Source of the DNA: Patescibacteria group bacterium
Lineage (GTDB): Bacteria > Patescibacteriota > Patescibacteriia > PEXW01
Direction of reading: 5' to 3'
NCBI GenBank assembly: GCA_038065235.1
Contig: JBBTRK010000014.1
Coordinates: 16,629 to 80,628 of the forward strand
DNA length: 64,000 nucleotides
This document shows, in pieces, positions 17,821 through 26,501 of the stretch. Within the stretch, counting starts at the first letter, position 1. Each line of letters begins with the position of its first letter. The translations under genes and the position numbers were made by a program. The notes below the pieces were generated by a model. It was given only the letters and a program-made list of their open reading frames with translations. It did no database searches and was not told the origin of the DNA.

Positions 17821-18930
17821 CTACTCGTTAGTATTCGTGTTCTGGTTCGTGTTCGTCGTATCTTTACAACTTGGCTCAGACTTCGCCAACACACCGCACG
17901 CAGCTTCCCAACGGAATCGTGGCTCGAAGAGCATAACCCGAAGCTTTTCTGCCTTGGCAGTTACGAGGTCAGATAACCACGTATTGAAGTCTGGAGTTTT
18001 CACAATTCGTCGTAAGCTATACACCGTTCCGTCGGCCTTCTTCGAGGCTGAGACCTTTTTCTCTAAGAGCACAATCTCGTACCCCCGACTCGTTTCGAGT
18101 ACCGCGCTAATTTGCTTATCTCCGAGCGCGATAATCGTCTTCACCGCTTCAGCAGTGTACTCATCTGCTATAATCTTTGTGTTGAGTTCAATTGCCCCAC
18201 CCTTCACTGCTGTCTGTGCGTCTTGACTTTCCTTACTCGCCGTATCGGCAAATGTCGCCGCTGTGACTTTTTCCCGAATTGTCGCAACCTGGCTCTTCAC
18301 ATCGGCAAAATATTTCTCTGCTAGTTTCTCCTGGATGACTTGCGGCTTGATGAGCTTGAGCTTGAACTGCTCGACGTTCCAGCCGTAGAGCGTCTTGATG
18401 TACTGCTCGACATCCGCAGCATTCCCCGACTGCTGTACGTACCCGTCGTACGTCTTCTGTATGTCGACCTCAGCAATTGTCACTTTCTGCTCGTTCGCAA
18501 TAATAGTGAGGAGGGATTCGCCAATGATCTTATTGAGAATAATCTTTCGGGTATACACATCAGTACTTAACGTTCGCTGACTTGCGGCATCCGGTGGCTC
18601 ATTCCGCTGCAGATACGAGGCAATGTTCGGCACGTCCTTCTGGTAGTCTTCATACGACAGCCACTGATCCCCAACAATTGCTACTGGCAAGTGCATCGTT
18701 CGGGCAACCCACAGGAGCGCTGGGCGCTGCCAACTAAAACGGAGAAAGCCAACGGCGAATACCAGAATAACCACCACGACTACGCCAAGAACCCAAAGAC
18801 TTATACGCCGAACCCAATGGATGTGTGGAGGTGGTAGTTGCTTCAGGTTGTGGTGTTCAGGATCAGCCAGCGGAGGCATCTGCGTAATTGCCGCGCGGAC
18901 AGCTTCATGGTCAGGATGCAGGTCAGTCAT
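17821..18930 (-). CDS. Membrane-anchored SurA-N-like / parvulin-type chaperone-like protein (putative)
   Basis: 369 aa. N-terminal TM (LWVLGVVVVVILVFAVGFL). Long helical region; weak resemblance to SurA/PrsA N-terminal domains. C-terminal TNTNQNTNTNE low-complexity tail. Confidence 0.45.
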   Translation of the reverse strand: MTDLHPDHEAVRAAITQMPPLADPEHHNLKQLPPPHIHWVRRISLWVLGVVVVVILVFAVGFLRFSWQRPALLWVARTMHLPVAIVGDQWLSYEDYQKDVPNIASYLQRNEPPDAASQRTLSTDVYTRKIILNKIIGESLLTIIANEQKVTIAEVDIQKTYDGYVQQSGNAADVEQYIKTLYGWNVEQFKLKLIKPQVIQEKLAEKYFADVKSQVATIREKVTAATFADTASKESQDAQTAVKGGAIELNTKIIADEYTAEAVKTIIALGDKQISAVLETSRGYEIVLLEKKVSASKKADGTVYSLRRIVKTPDFNTWLSDLVTAKAEKLRVMLFEPRFRWEAACGVLAKSEPSCKDTTNTNQNTNTNE

Positions 18931-18942
18931 AGTAAACGAGGG

Positions 18943-19347
18943 TTAAGAATTCGGAGAGAAAAAGTAGTACCACCAACGTTGCGCATTCGACGTCCCGGGC
19001 GTTTTGGACAATATTTCCGTTGCGATGAGTGATGTGCTATTTGCTTCTGGCACAATGAGTAGCGTTTCCCCAGGACGTTGTAGGTTCAAACGTTTCCGGG
19101 CTTCACGTTCCCGAAAGCTATCCGTGTTAATTGAGGCGACGTACTCCCCCAGGCTACGGTTCTGAGCCTGTAGTTCAGCAATCTGCTGCTCTAGGGTGGC
19201 AATCTCCTGCCGAAGCGACATACGCCGAACAACTTCTTTCGTAATGCCAATGAGGATTATGACGATGAGGATAACTTCCAACAGCAGCACACCGCGAGAG
19301 GTCATGATGCGGTGGATGAATCGTTTTTTCGTTGGCGTTTTCATCAA
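18943..19347 (-). CDS. FtsB/DivIC-like septum-formation protein
   Basis: 134 aa. Single TM followed by coiled-coil MSLRQEIATLEQQIAELQAQNRSLGEYV. Confidence 0.55.
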   Translation of the reverse strand: MMKTPTKKRFIHRIMTSRGVLLLEVILIVIILIGITKEVVRRMSLRQEIATLEQQIAELQAQNRSLGEYVASINTDSFREREARKRLNLQRPGETLLIVPEANSTSLIATEILSKTPGTSNAQRWWYYFFSPNS

Positions 19348-19439
19348 AGTTCTTGATTTTTCCTTGCTGCATCATTGTCACACAATTCTCCTCATTCGTC
19401 AATCCAAAACCAAACGACGACATGCCATGTATGCTACAA

Positions 19440-20138
19440 CTACCCTGCGAGGATATCGGATTGTTTCACTTCGCGCCACTCACCGGGTTGCAGGCTACCT
19501 AGTTCAAGCGTATTTATGCGGACACGGGTGAGACGCGTTAGGTCACCGCGCACCGTACCAACCATACGTCGAATCTGCCGTTTCCAGCCTTGGTGTATTA
19601 CTACGCGGTACGTCACTGGGCCAACCACGGTGAAAGTGTCAAAACGCGCATACCCTTCGTTCAATTTGACACCCTGGGTGAGCGCATTGCATGCATCTTC
19701 ATCGAGCGGTCGTGATGTCGAAAATTCGTACTCCTTCTCGTGCTCGTACCGAGGGTGCGTCACCTGGTTCACGAGCTCCCCGTCATTCGTGAGGAGCAGC
19801 AAACCGCCAGAATCTTTATCGAGACGGCCAGCAATAGCTAAATCCCGTATCCCCGGAATAATATCGTAGATCGTGCGCTCGTTCTTGTACTGGGCATGCG
19901 TGCAGGTTACGCCTTCGGGCTTATTCACGGCAATGTACCGAAACGTTGTTACAGGAACTAGGTCTTTGCCATTCACGCGAACGTGATCAATGTGTGGGTC
20001 AATGCTAGTACCAAGCTTCATGACTTGTGTACCATTCACGTATACGCGCCCAGCAACAATTAGGTCTTCAGCTGTTCGCCGAGACACAATACTAGTACTC
20101 GCAATGAATTTCTGTAAGCGGACTTTCTTATCGCCCAT
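19440..20138 (-). CDS. RsuA/RluB-family pseudouridine synthase with N-terminal S4 domain
   Basis: S4 domain (VRLQKFIASTSIVSRRTAEDLIVAGRVYVNG). Catalytic-Asp motif (AGRLDKDSGGLLLLTNDGEL). Start moved to the internal Met (MGDKKVRLQKF) because the longer ORF would run into tRNA-Trp. Confidence 0.8.
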   Translation of the reverse strand: MGDKKVRLQKFIASTSIVSRRTAEDLIVAGRVYVNGTQVMKLGTSIDPHIDHVRVNGKDLVPVTTFRYIAVNKPEGVTCTHAQYKNERTIYDIIPGIRDLAIAGRLDKDSGGLLLLTNDGELVNQVTHPRYEHEKEYEFSTSRPLDEDACNALTQGVKLNEGYARFDTFTVVGPVTYRVVIHQGWKRQIRRMVGTVRGDLTRLTRVRINTLELGSLQPGEWREVKQSDILAG

Positions 20139-20164
20139 AATAAAAAATCCTATCAGCCCAAGGC

Positions 20165-20239
20165 TGGCGGGGGCGCAAGGACTCGAACCTTGAATAATGG
20201 TTTTGGAGACCATTGTGATAGCCATTTCACCACACCCCC
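20165..20239 (-). tRNA. tRNA-Trp (anticodon CCA)
   Basis: Minus-strand cloverleaf: acceptor GGGGGTG/CGCCCCC, anticodon loop CTCCAAA, T-loop TTCGAGT, CCA encoded. Confidence 0.9.
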
Positions 20240-20278
20240 ACAGGTTTTAAAAAATTACTAGGAAAATTAAAAAATCTC

Positions 20279-20434
20279 TTACTTCGTTTCCTTATGCAAG
20301 GTATGCTTACCGCACCACGTGCAGTGCTTCTTCAATTGCAAGCGTCCTTTCAGTGTCTTCTTATTCTTCTTCGAGTGGTAGTTCACATGCTTGCAAATCG
20401 TGCACTCCAGGTGGATCAAATTATCTTGCGACAT
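20279..20434 (-). CDS. rpmG: 50S ribosomal protein L33
   Basis: 51 aa: [51 protein letters not shown]. Zinc-ribbon Cys pairs and the L33 signature. Not in the ORF track (<60 aa). Classic tRNA-Trp/rpmG neighbourhood. Confidence 0.85.
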   Translation of the reverse strand: MSQDNLIHLECTICKHVNYHSKKNKKTLKGRLQLKKHCTWCGKHTLHKETK

Positions 20435-20579
20435 AGTAGATTAGACATCAATGAGTGAAATGAATAGAAACTTTTCTGGCTGCCCTGTACCAGTCGTCCC
20501 GCAAGGCGTGACTCCGGTGCAGGGCATGAACCACTACATCCTCTAATTGTTGGCAAGCCTTACAAATATGAGTGGCTTG

Positions 20580-20612
20580 CCATGAACCCGAACGACAGTG
20601 AGTGGTTCATGG
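20580..20612. repeat. 33-nt hairpin element (copy 2) overlapping the CCA end of tRNA-Thr(UGU); partial third copy CATGAACCACT at 20525..20535
   Basis: CCATGAACC-cgaacgacagtgagt-GGTTCATGG is the reverse complement of copy 1 with a single loop substitution. Confidence 0.6.
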
Positions 20613-20684
20613 AGCCGGAGAGAGGAGTCGAACCTCCGACCTTCGCTTTACAAAAGCGTTGCTCTACCACTGAGCTACTCCGGC
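20610..20684 (-). tRNA. tRNA-Thr (anticodon UGU)
   Basis: Acceptor GCCGGAG/CTCCGGC, anticodon loop TTTGTAA, T-loop TTCGACT, CCA encoded. Confidence 0.9.
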
Positions 20685-20763
20685 AAAAATTTTCTGAATT
20701 CCCTGGGGGTTAAACGATATTTTCCAGCATTGCGACAGAAATTTGTATTCGCCCAGTCACCTC

Positions 20764-20839
20764 TGGAGCCGATGGCCGGAATTGAACCGGCGACCTACTC
20801 CTTACCATGGAGTTGCTCTACCAGCTGAGCTACATCGGC
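20764..20839 (-). tRNA. tRNA-Thr (anticodon GGU)
   Basis: Acceptor GCCGATG/CATCGGC, anticodon loop ATGGTAA, T-loop TTCAATT, CCA encoded. Confidence 0.9.
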
Positions 20840-20907
20840 AAAGGTGACTGGGCGATCTACACGACTTTCGCCGTACTGCATCGACGTGCAAATGATAACG
20901 ATCAACC

Positions 20908-21798
20908 TTATAGGTTCTTCACTGCTTCTGCAAGTTCAGGTAATTTCTGATTCTCTGGGTTCGTTACACGCAGCCGCTCGAGCGTTTCGCGGGCTAGTAC
21001 TTTCCGAGAATTCTGGATTGCGAACGCGAGTAGTGCGTCGAGGTACTTCGGATTCGAAGGTTCTAGCTTCACTGCCTCTTGGAAAGCGATTTGAGCTTTC
21101 TCCGTACTGCCGAGTTTCACCTCAACGTTCGCGAGCTCAAATTGTGCCGTCGCGGTCGTAGCATTCAAACTCACGGACTTCAGATAGTCAGATTCTGCTT
21201 CAGAAAAATTCCCTTCATCAGTTGCGATTCGGCCGAGCCGCGTGTACGCCGAGTCATTCCCCTGCTGCAGTTTCAATACGAACTGGAGAGCTTCACGCGC
21301 ATTCTTGTAATCCTTCTTCGCCATGGCCACATCAGCGAGTCCAAGGTACGCCTCTATATTTTTCGGATCAAGTGCAACCACGTCAACAAAGAGTTGCTCA
21401 GCACGGATGTAGTCTTCGGCTGCCATTGCAGTCTGCGCATCAGCGAGACTAGTAGCTAGTCGGGAGCGTAAAACTTCAGGATCTTCTATTGATTTCTGGG
21501 TTATGATTTTCCGCCGGTACTCCCGTTCGAGTTCATGTAAACGGTGGAGCAATGTCTGCAGCCCACGCCACAATCCCGTGAACCCCTTCTTAAGCGTTCT
21601 CACAATCGCCGCTTCGGCGTTACCTAGCTTCTGTTGTAACCGATGGTCTAATATCTGTTGCTTCCGCGCTTGCTGCTGGTGCTTAGGAATTGCCTCGGTG
21701 CGTATACTGGCAAGTTGCGGTAACTTCCGCCAGACCACCACGGCACAGACCACGACGCAGGTGCCAAAGACTCCAAGAAATATCCAATCGATGAACAT
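20908..21798 (-). CDS. Membrane-anchored TPR-repeat protein
   Basis: 296 aa. N-terminal TM. Several TPR-like repeats (AEQLFVDVVALDPKNIEAYLGLADVAMAKKDYKNAREALQFVLKL...). Confidence 0.6.
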   Translation of the reverse strand: MFIDWIFLGVFGTCVVVCAVVVWRKLPQLASIRTEAIPKHQQQARKQQILDHRLQQKLGNAEAAIVRTLKKGFTGLWRGLQTLLHRLHELEREYRRKIITQKSIEDPEVLRSRLATSLADAQTAMAAEDYIRAEQLFVDVVALDPKNIEAYLGLADVAMAKKDYKNAREALQFVLKLQQGNDSAYTRLGRIATDEGNFSEAESDYLKSVSLNATTATAQFELANVEVKLGSTEKAQIAFQEAVKLEPSNPKYLDALLAFAIQNSRKVLARETLERLRVTNPENQKLPELAEAVKNL

Positions 21799-21801
21799 GT
21801 G

Positions 21802-22386
21802 CTACACGCTTAGGCGAACGAATTCTTTAACCTGAATGTTCTCCCCGAGTTTCTGCATTGCCTCCTGGACAACGCCACCAACAGTCTTCGAATCGTCCTT
21901 GAAAAACTTTTGCTCAAGCAAGCAATGTTCCTCGACAAACTTCTTCAGCTTTCCCTGGATGATTGATGCGAGGATAGCCTCTGGTTTCCCGGTCGATTGG
22001 CTGCGAGCAATATCTTCTTCTTTCGCCAGGATATCGGCTGGGATCTCAGCGGCCGTGAGATACGTGGGTGCTGCGGCTGCAACGTGCATTGCGAGCTCGT
22101 GCGCAAGCGTCTGAAAATCTGCAGTGCGGCCAACGAAGTCAGTCTCACACGCCACAGCAACGACTGCCACAAGCTTCTTGTTACTGTGCTCGTAGACACC
22201 GACCACACCTTCTCGCGTTGCCCGGGCAGCTTTCTTATCCGCAACTTTCTGACCAGCTTTTCGAAGCGCCGTTACCGCAGCATCGAGGTCACCACCGACT
22301 GCTTCGAGCGCCTGCTTCGCATCGAGCATGCCAACGCCAGTGCGCTCGCGAAGTTTCTGGATATCGGCTACGGGTATTGCAGGCAT
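21802..22386 (-). CDS. tsf: Elongation factor Ts (short form)
   Basis: 194 aa. UBA-like N-terminus (IQKLRERTGVGMLDAKQALEAVGGDLDAAVTALRKAG). Immediately downstream of rpsB. Confidence 0.9.
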   Translation of the reverse strand: MPAIPVADIQKLRERTGVGMLDAKQALEAVGGDLDAAVTALRKAGQKVADKKAARATREGVVGVYEHSNKKLVAVVAVACETDFVGRTADFQTLAHELAMHVAAAAPTYLTAAEIPADILAKEEDIARSQSTGKPEAILASIIQGKLKKFVEEHCLLEQKFFKDDSKTVGGVVQEAMQKLGENIQVKEFVRLSV

Positions 22387-22404
22387 TGTGAGTTGATTAA
22401 ATGA

Positions 22405-23136
22405 TTACGCTACTACTGCAGGGACAGGGGTCACAGCAGGAGCCGTCGCAGCTTGACGTTTCTTGCCAGCATTAATGGATTCGGTAATCACGCTGGTGAG
22501 GAGTTCCACCGACTTTGTCGCGTCATCATTCCCTGGTATGGGGTACTGGACGAGGTCGGGATTCACATTTGAATCGCAGATGGCAATGATTGGGACATTC
22601 ATCTTCCGAGCTTCACGAATCGCTGTGCGCTCTTTTGCACAATCGATGACGAAGAGTACTTGAGGGATCTTGTCAATCTGCTCGATGCCGCCAATTTCTG
22701 TCTGCAGCTTGGTAATATCCTTCTGCAAACCAACCTGTTCCTTCTTCGTGTACCGATCCAGAAGACCAGCTGCTTGCTCACTCTTCAGCCGACGGAGCTT
22801 CTTAATGAGCTCGTGGATGGTGCTGAAATTTGTGAGGGTGCCGCCAATCCAGCGTTCGGTCATGTAGGGCATTCCACTCGCTTCGGCCTGCTGCTTGACG
22901 ATTGCTTTCACCTGCCGCTTCGTGCCGACGAAAAGAATTGTGCCGCCTGCTTGCACGACGGACTCAGCAAAAGCCGCGGCAGCTTGCAGCTTGTCGAGGG
23001 TCGCTTCCAAATTAATGATATGGATTCCGTTCCGAGACGTAAAAATGTAGGGCTTCATCTTCGGATTCCACCTAGATTCTTGATGGCCAAAGTGCACGCC
23101 CTTCTGGAGCATTTCGAGTAAAGTAACCTCGCGCAT
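22405..23136 (-). CDS. rpsB: 30S ribosomal protein S2
   Basis: 243 aa. MLQKGVHFGHQESRWNPKMKPYIF is the canonical S2 N-terminus. Confidence 0.95.
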   Translation of the reverse strand: MREVTLLEMLQKGVHFGHQESRWNPKMKPYIFTSRNGIHIINLEATLDKLQAAAAFAESVVQAGGTILFVGTKRQVKAIVKQQAEASGMPYMTERWIGGTLTNFSTIHELIKKLRRLKSEQAAGLLDRYTKKEQVGLQKDITKLQTEIGGIEQIDKIPQVLFVIDCAKERTAIREARKMNVPIIAICDSNVNPDLVQYPIPGNDDATKSVELLTSVITESINAGKKRQAATAPAVTPVPAVVA

Positions 23137-23220
23137 ACGTGTAGTCCTTTCATTAATTGCCGCTACGTCGTATCGGCAACGGGGGCCCCGCGCTTGGCGA
23201 AGGTCAGGATCCGCACCAGA

Positions 23221-23238
23221 TTTGCCAGGATTGGCAAA
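23221..23238. promoter_or_regulatory. Operator-like palindrome TTTGCCA-GGAT-TGGCAAA in the rpsB/rpmE divergent intergenic region
   Basis: Perfect 7-bp inverted arms with a 4-nt spacer. Confidence 0.2.
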
Positions 23239-23312
23239 CGACGTATGTGAGATAAGAACGTCATGACTCTACCACGGTGTTTCATCCCTGACAAGGGGGC
23301 ACTTCCAAGTGC

Positions 23313-23340
23313 TTGACGCATCATCTGAACGTGGTATAGT
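23313..23340 (+). promoter_or_regulatory. Putative rpmE promoter TTGACG-N16-TATAGT (near-leaderless)
   Basis: -10 ends 8 nt before the ATG at 23349. Confidence 0.4.
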
Positions 23341-23348
23341 ACGAACCT

Positions 23349-23603
23349 ATGAAGGACAAGATTCACCCAACCTACTATCACGACGCCGCTGTACGTTGCG
23401 GCTGTGGCAATAAGTTTATTACTGGTTCCACCCTGCAGGAGCTGAGCGTTGAAGTCTGTTCAAATTGCCATCCGCTCTACACCGGCAAGCAGAAAATGGT
23501 AGACACCCAAGGCCGCGTCGATCGTTTCAAGCGCCTGAAAGAGAAGTCTTCGGCAAAGGCGACAGCTCTGTTAACAGTGAAAAAGTCGAAAAAGCGCAAG
23601 TAA
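23349..23603 (+). CDS. rpmE: 50S ribosomal protein L31
   Basis: 84 aa. [11 protein letters not shown]-terminus and a CxxC...CxxCH zinc ribbon. Confidence 0.9.
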   Translation: MKDKIHPTYYHDAAVRCGCGNKFITGSTLQELSVEVCSNCHPLYTGKQKMVDTQGRVDRFKRLKEKSSAKATALLTVKKSKKRK

Positions 23604-23652
23604 CTAACTCACTACACTCCCCTTCCGCGATACCCGCGTAGGGTTTTTCCCC

Positions 23653-24717
23653 ATGGCAGTAGACCGAAACGCACTCAACGTACGACGCGAGGAACTAGAA
23701 CACCAGTTGCAAGAAGCAGCCAGCACTGGTGAGACTTCGCGTCTAGAGAAACTCTCCCGTGAGCATTCTCATATTGTCGAGCACCTTGGCCTCCTCACCG
23801 AACATGACCACATGCAGCACCAGCTCGCTGATGCACGCAGTATGCAAGCAGATGGTGATGCGGATATGCTCACCTTAGGGAAAGAAGAAGAAGAGCGCAT
23901 TCAAAGAGAGCTTGCCGATATCGAAATGCAAATTCAAGATATTGAACGCCCGCGCGACCCACTCGACACACGCGACGCGATTATTGAAATACGCGCTGGC
24001 GCCGGGGGCGACGAGTCAGGCTTGTTCGCCGCCCAACTGGCACGCATGTACATGCGTTTCGCTGAACGCCGCGGCTGGAGCACGAACATTGTAGACACCA
24101 ACCGCACGGGCATTGGTGGCTACAAAGAAGTCATTTTCGAGGTCCACGGTACCGACACCTACGGCATGCTCCGTCTTGAATCGGGTGTGCACCGCGTGCA
24201 GCGTGTACCGGACACCGAGAAAAGTGGTCGTGTACATACGTCAACTGCAACCGTTGCAGTCTTACCCATCGTCGAGGCTGAAGACATAACAATCAAGCCA
24301 GAAGATATCAAGCTTGAAGTGACGACGTCATCAGGCCATGGCGGGCAGTCGGTGAACACTACCTACTCGGCCGTCCGCATGACGCACATTCCATCCGGCA
24401 TTATGGTGAAGATGCAGGACGAACGCTCGCAGAAGCAAAACCGGGAGAAAGCCATGGAGATCCTCCGCGCGCGGGTATTCGCCATGGAGCAGGAGAAACG
24501 CGTACAAGCCGCCTCTGACCTCCGGAAAAGCCAAATTGGTACGGGCGACCGAAGCGAAAAAATCCGTACCTATAATTTCCCTCAGGATCGCATGACCGAC
24601 CACCGCCTGAAGGAGAACTACCATGGCCTCACAGGAATTATGGATGGGGACATTGAGCCAGTACTCATAGCGCTCATGAAAGCCCGTCGGGATGCCGCCC
24701 CAACTGCAACTGCGTAA
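23653..24717 (+). CDS. prfA: Peptide chain release factor 1
   Basis: 354 aa. GGQ motif ([12 protein letters not shown]). RF1-type tripeptide region reads [15 protein letters not shown], i.e. PDT where E. coli has PAT. Confidence 0.9.
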   Translation: MAVDRNALNVRREELEHQLQEAASTGETSRLEKLSREHSHIVEHLGLLTEHDHMQHQLADARSMQADGDADMLTLGKEEEERIQRELADIEMQIQDIERPRDPLDTRDAIIEIRAGAGGDESGLFAAQLARMYMRFAERRGWSTNIVDTNRTGIGGYKEVIFEVHGTDTYGMLRLESGVHRVQRVPDTEKSGRVHTSTATVAVLPIVEAEDITIKPEDIKLEVTTSSGHGGQSVNTTYSAVRMTHIPSGIMVKMQDERSQKQNREKAMEILRARVFAMEQEKRVQAASDLRKSQIGTGDRSEKIRTYNFPQDRMTDHRLKENYHGLTGIMDGDIEPVLIALMKARRDAAPTATA

Positions 24718-25513
24718 CGTCGAGACGGCACTTCGTCTCGCCAACCTTGATTTGCGTGAATCAAGGGATTTACTCGTGCACGTACTTCGCAAGCCTCTCA
24801 GTTATCTCATCGCGCACCCAGAAACTACGCTCACCCCAGCTCAACTTGTAAAGTTTCGCGGCCTCGTGGTGAAACGTCGCCGAGGCGTACCATTCGCCTA
24901 TCTCACTGGCCACCAGGGCTTCTACGGATTGGACTTTACGGTCACGAAAGATGTGCTCATCCCCCGACCCGAAACTGAACAACTTGTTGATTGGGTACTC
25001 GCACATGTCGATCGGAAGGAAACCACAACAATTATCGACGTTGGCACTGGCTCTGGCTGCATTGCCGTGACCTTGGCGAAGTACTTACCTGTGGTAAAAA
25101 TCATTGCCTCGGACGTGAGCGCGAAAGCTATTGTCATGGCCAAAAAAAACGCACGGACGCATAACGTAGCGAATCGCATTACGTTCCGCCGCGGCTCGCT
25201 CTTATCTGTACTCAAACCTAACGAAAAGCCCGAACTGGTGGTAGCCAATCTCCCCTACCTCACCAAACCCCAGCTCAAGAATGTACCCCACGAACCCAAA
25301 CTTGCCCTCCACGGCGGCACGCGAGGACTTGAACTTATTGAAAAACTTATCATCCAAATAATAGAACGAAATATCGCCCTAGCCATTCTCGAAATTGATC
25401 CGGCACAAGAACGTTGGCTCACGGGCGTTGGCGACCGACTGACTGGCTACCACTACGAATTCCTCGCCGACCTTACGGGGCGGACGAGGTTCTTAATCCT
25501 CCAAAAAGCCTAG
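24692..25513 (+). CDS. prmC: Release-factor glutamine N5-methyltransferase (HemK/PrmC)
   Basis: 273 aa. SAM-binding [12 protein letters not shown]. Substrate motif reads VVANLPYL (NPPY variant). Overlaps the prfA 3' end. Confidence 0.8.
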   Translation: MPPQLQLRNVETALRLANLDLRESRDLLVHVLRKPLSYLIAHPETTLTPAQLVKFRGLVVKRRRGVPFAYLTGHQGFYGLDFTVTKDVLIPRPETEQLVDWVLAHVDRKETTTIIDVGTGSGCIAVTLAKYLPVVKIIASDVSAKAIVMAKKNARTHNVANRITFRRGSLLSVLKPNEKPELVVANLPYLTKPQLKNVPHEPKLALHGGTRGLELIEKLIIQIIERNIALAILEIDPAQERWLTGVGDRLTGYHYEFLADLTGRTRFLILQKA

Positions 25514-25568
25514 CCCTTCCGCTCCGCGACCATGGGCGCTAAGATGAAATTGTAAATACAAATAACTT

Positions 25569-25588
25569 CCCCAGTTTGAGACCTGGGG
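25569..25588 (-). terminator. Hairpin CCCCAG-N8-CTGGGG downstream of the small ORF (candidate terminator of the island operon; also distal to prmC)
   Basis: 6-bp GC-rich stem. Minus-strand downstream sequence AAGTTATTTGTATTT is T-rich but not a clean U-tract. Confidence 0.3.
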
Positions 25589-25617
25589 ATTATACTGTGC
25601 ATCAAAGAATAAGAAAC

Positions 25618-25797
25618 CTAAACGGACTGGGAATCCCCAAGCTTTCGTTGGTAGGTTTCAACAAGTGCACTTTGAGCACGGTTGGCTTCTTGCGCAGCCT
25701 GCTTAATCAACTTTTTTTGCTCTCCTGAAGGGAGGCGAAAAAAGTTCTGGCGACCATGTTGGCTGCCTTTAAAAAATGAAAGAAGACGTGTAATCAT
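25618..25797 (-). CDS. 59-aa helical ORF overlapping the zeta-like gene stop (ATGA); candidate partner or antitoxin-like protein
   Basis: MITRLLSFFKGSQHGRQNFFRLPSGEQKKLIKQAAQEANRAQSALVETYQRKLGDSQSV, hand-translated. One codon short of the ORF-track cut-off. Start and stop overlap the upstream gene, which suggests translational coupling. Confidence 0.4.
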   Translation of the reverse strand: MITRLLSFFKGSQHGRQNFFRLPSGEQKKLIKQAAQEANRAQSALVETYQRKLGDSQSV

Positions 25798-26495
25798 AAG
25801 CTTTTTCTAAGTTGATCTTTAGTATACGGACAAACAATATGATTGTCAATATTATCAATATTGAAGCGTGTCTTTTTTACGCTTTTATTTGACCAATCTT
25901 TTTCTATGAGAAAAAGCTCCACATCCTTCTTGAACATTTCTTTTACGCGATTTGCATTTTCTCTGGCAGCAAAAAATGCCTCGATAAAAGCTTCTTTAGG
26001 TAAGTAACGACCTTCTTCTTTTTCACGAATCTGTGTGAACTTCCATGCTACTTCTGGCTCTTGATAAATATAAATAATCCCAATTTTCCGTTTACGCTTA
26101 ATTGAACGTGCAACATCTTCTATACAATATTTGTCGTCTGCGAATGTCCCATCAAGTAGAATATTCTGCCTTTCTTTTAAACAATAATCGTATAGTTTTT
26201 GCACGCCAAGAGCGGAAGCACCCTGTACTTCGTTAGAGTTACTACCTGTATATTGTGGTAGCATCTTCTTAATTTCATCAGCATCAATTCGGACACATTG
26301 TATTGACGGCTTTCGGCGAGCCAAACTCTTCACTAAACCTTCAGAAAACTCTGTTTTTCCTGCACCGGGTGAGCCCGCCATAAAAATGGTAAAGGGATCG
26401 TCCATTGGCGGATATGCACGTGGGTCGGCAAAACGAACGATGAGCTCGTCACGATGTGCCTTTAAAAAATCCACTGCGTCTTCAGCAATGCTCAT
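25794..26495 (-). CDS. Zeta-toxin-family-like P-loop kinase (AAA_33 / PezT-like)
   Basis: 233 aa. Walker A FMAGSPGAGKTEF, then the CVRIDADEIKKMLPQY segment matching the zeta catalytic region (ViDxDxfR). Low GC. Confidence 0.6.
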   Translation of the reverse strand: MSIAEDAVDFLKAHRDELIVRFADPRAYPPMDDPFTIFMAGSPGAGKTEFSEGLVKSLARRKPSIQCVRIDADEIKKMLPQYTGSNSNEVQGASALGVQKLYDYCLKERQNILLDGTFADDKYCIEDVARSIKRKRKIGIIYIYQEPEVAWKFTQIREKEEGRYLPKEAFIEAFFAARENANRVKEMFKKDVELFLIEKDWSNKSVKKTRFNIDNIDNHIVCPYTKDQLRKSL

Positions 26496-26501
26496 GGTGA
26501 T

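Noticed and set aside
19440-20225. Long form of the pseudouridine synthase ORF starting at 20225
   Set aside because: The N-terminal 29 codons would overlap tRNA-Trp (20165..20239). The internal Met at 20138, directly before the S4 domain, is the likely start.
23163-23381. 72-aa minus-strand ORF in the rpsB/rpmE intergenic region
   Set aside because: It spans both divergent promoters and the rpmE start, and it has an Arg/His-rich low-complexity translation. It is not credible.
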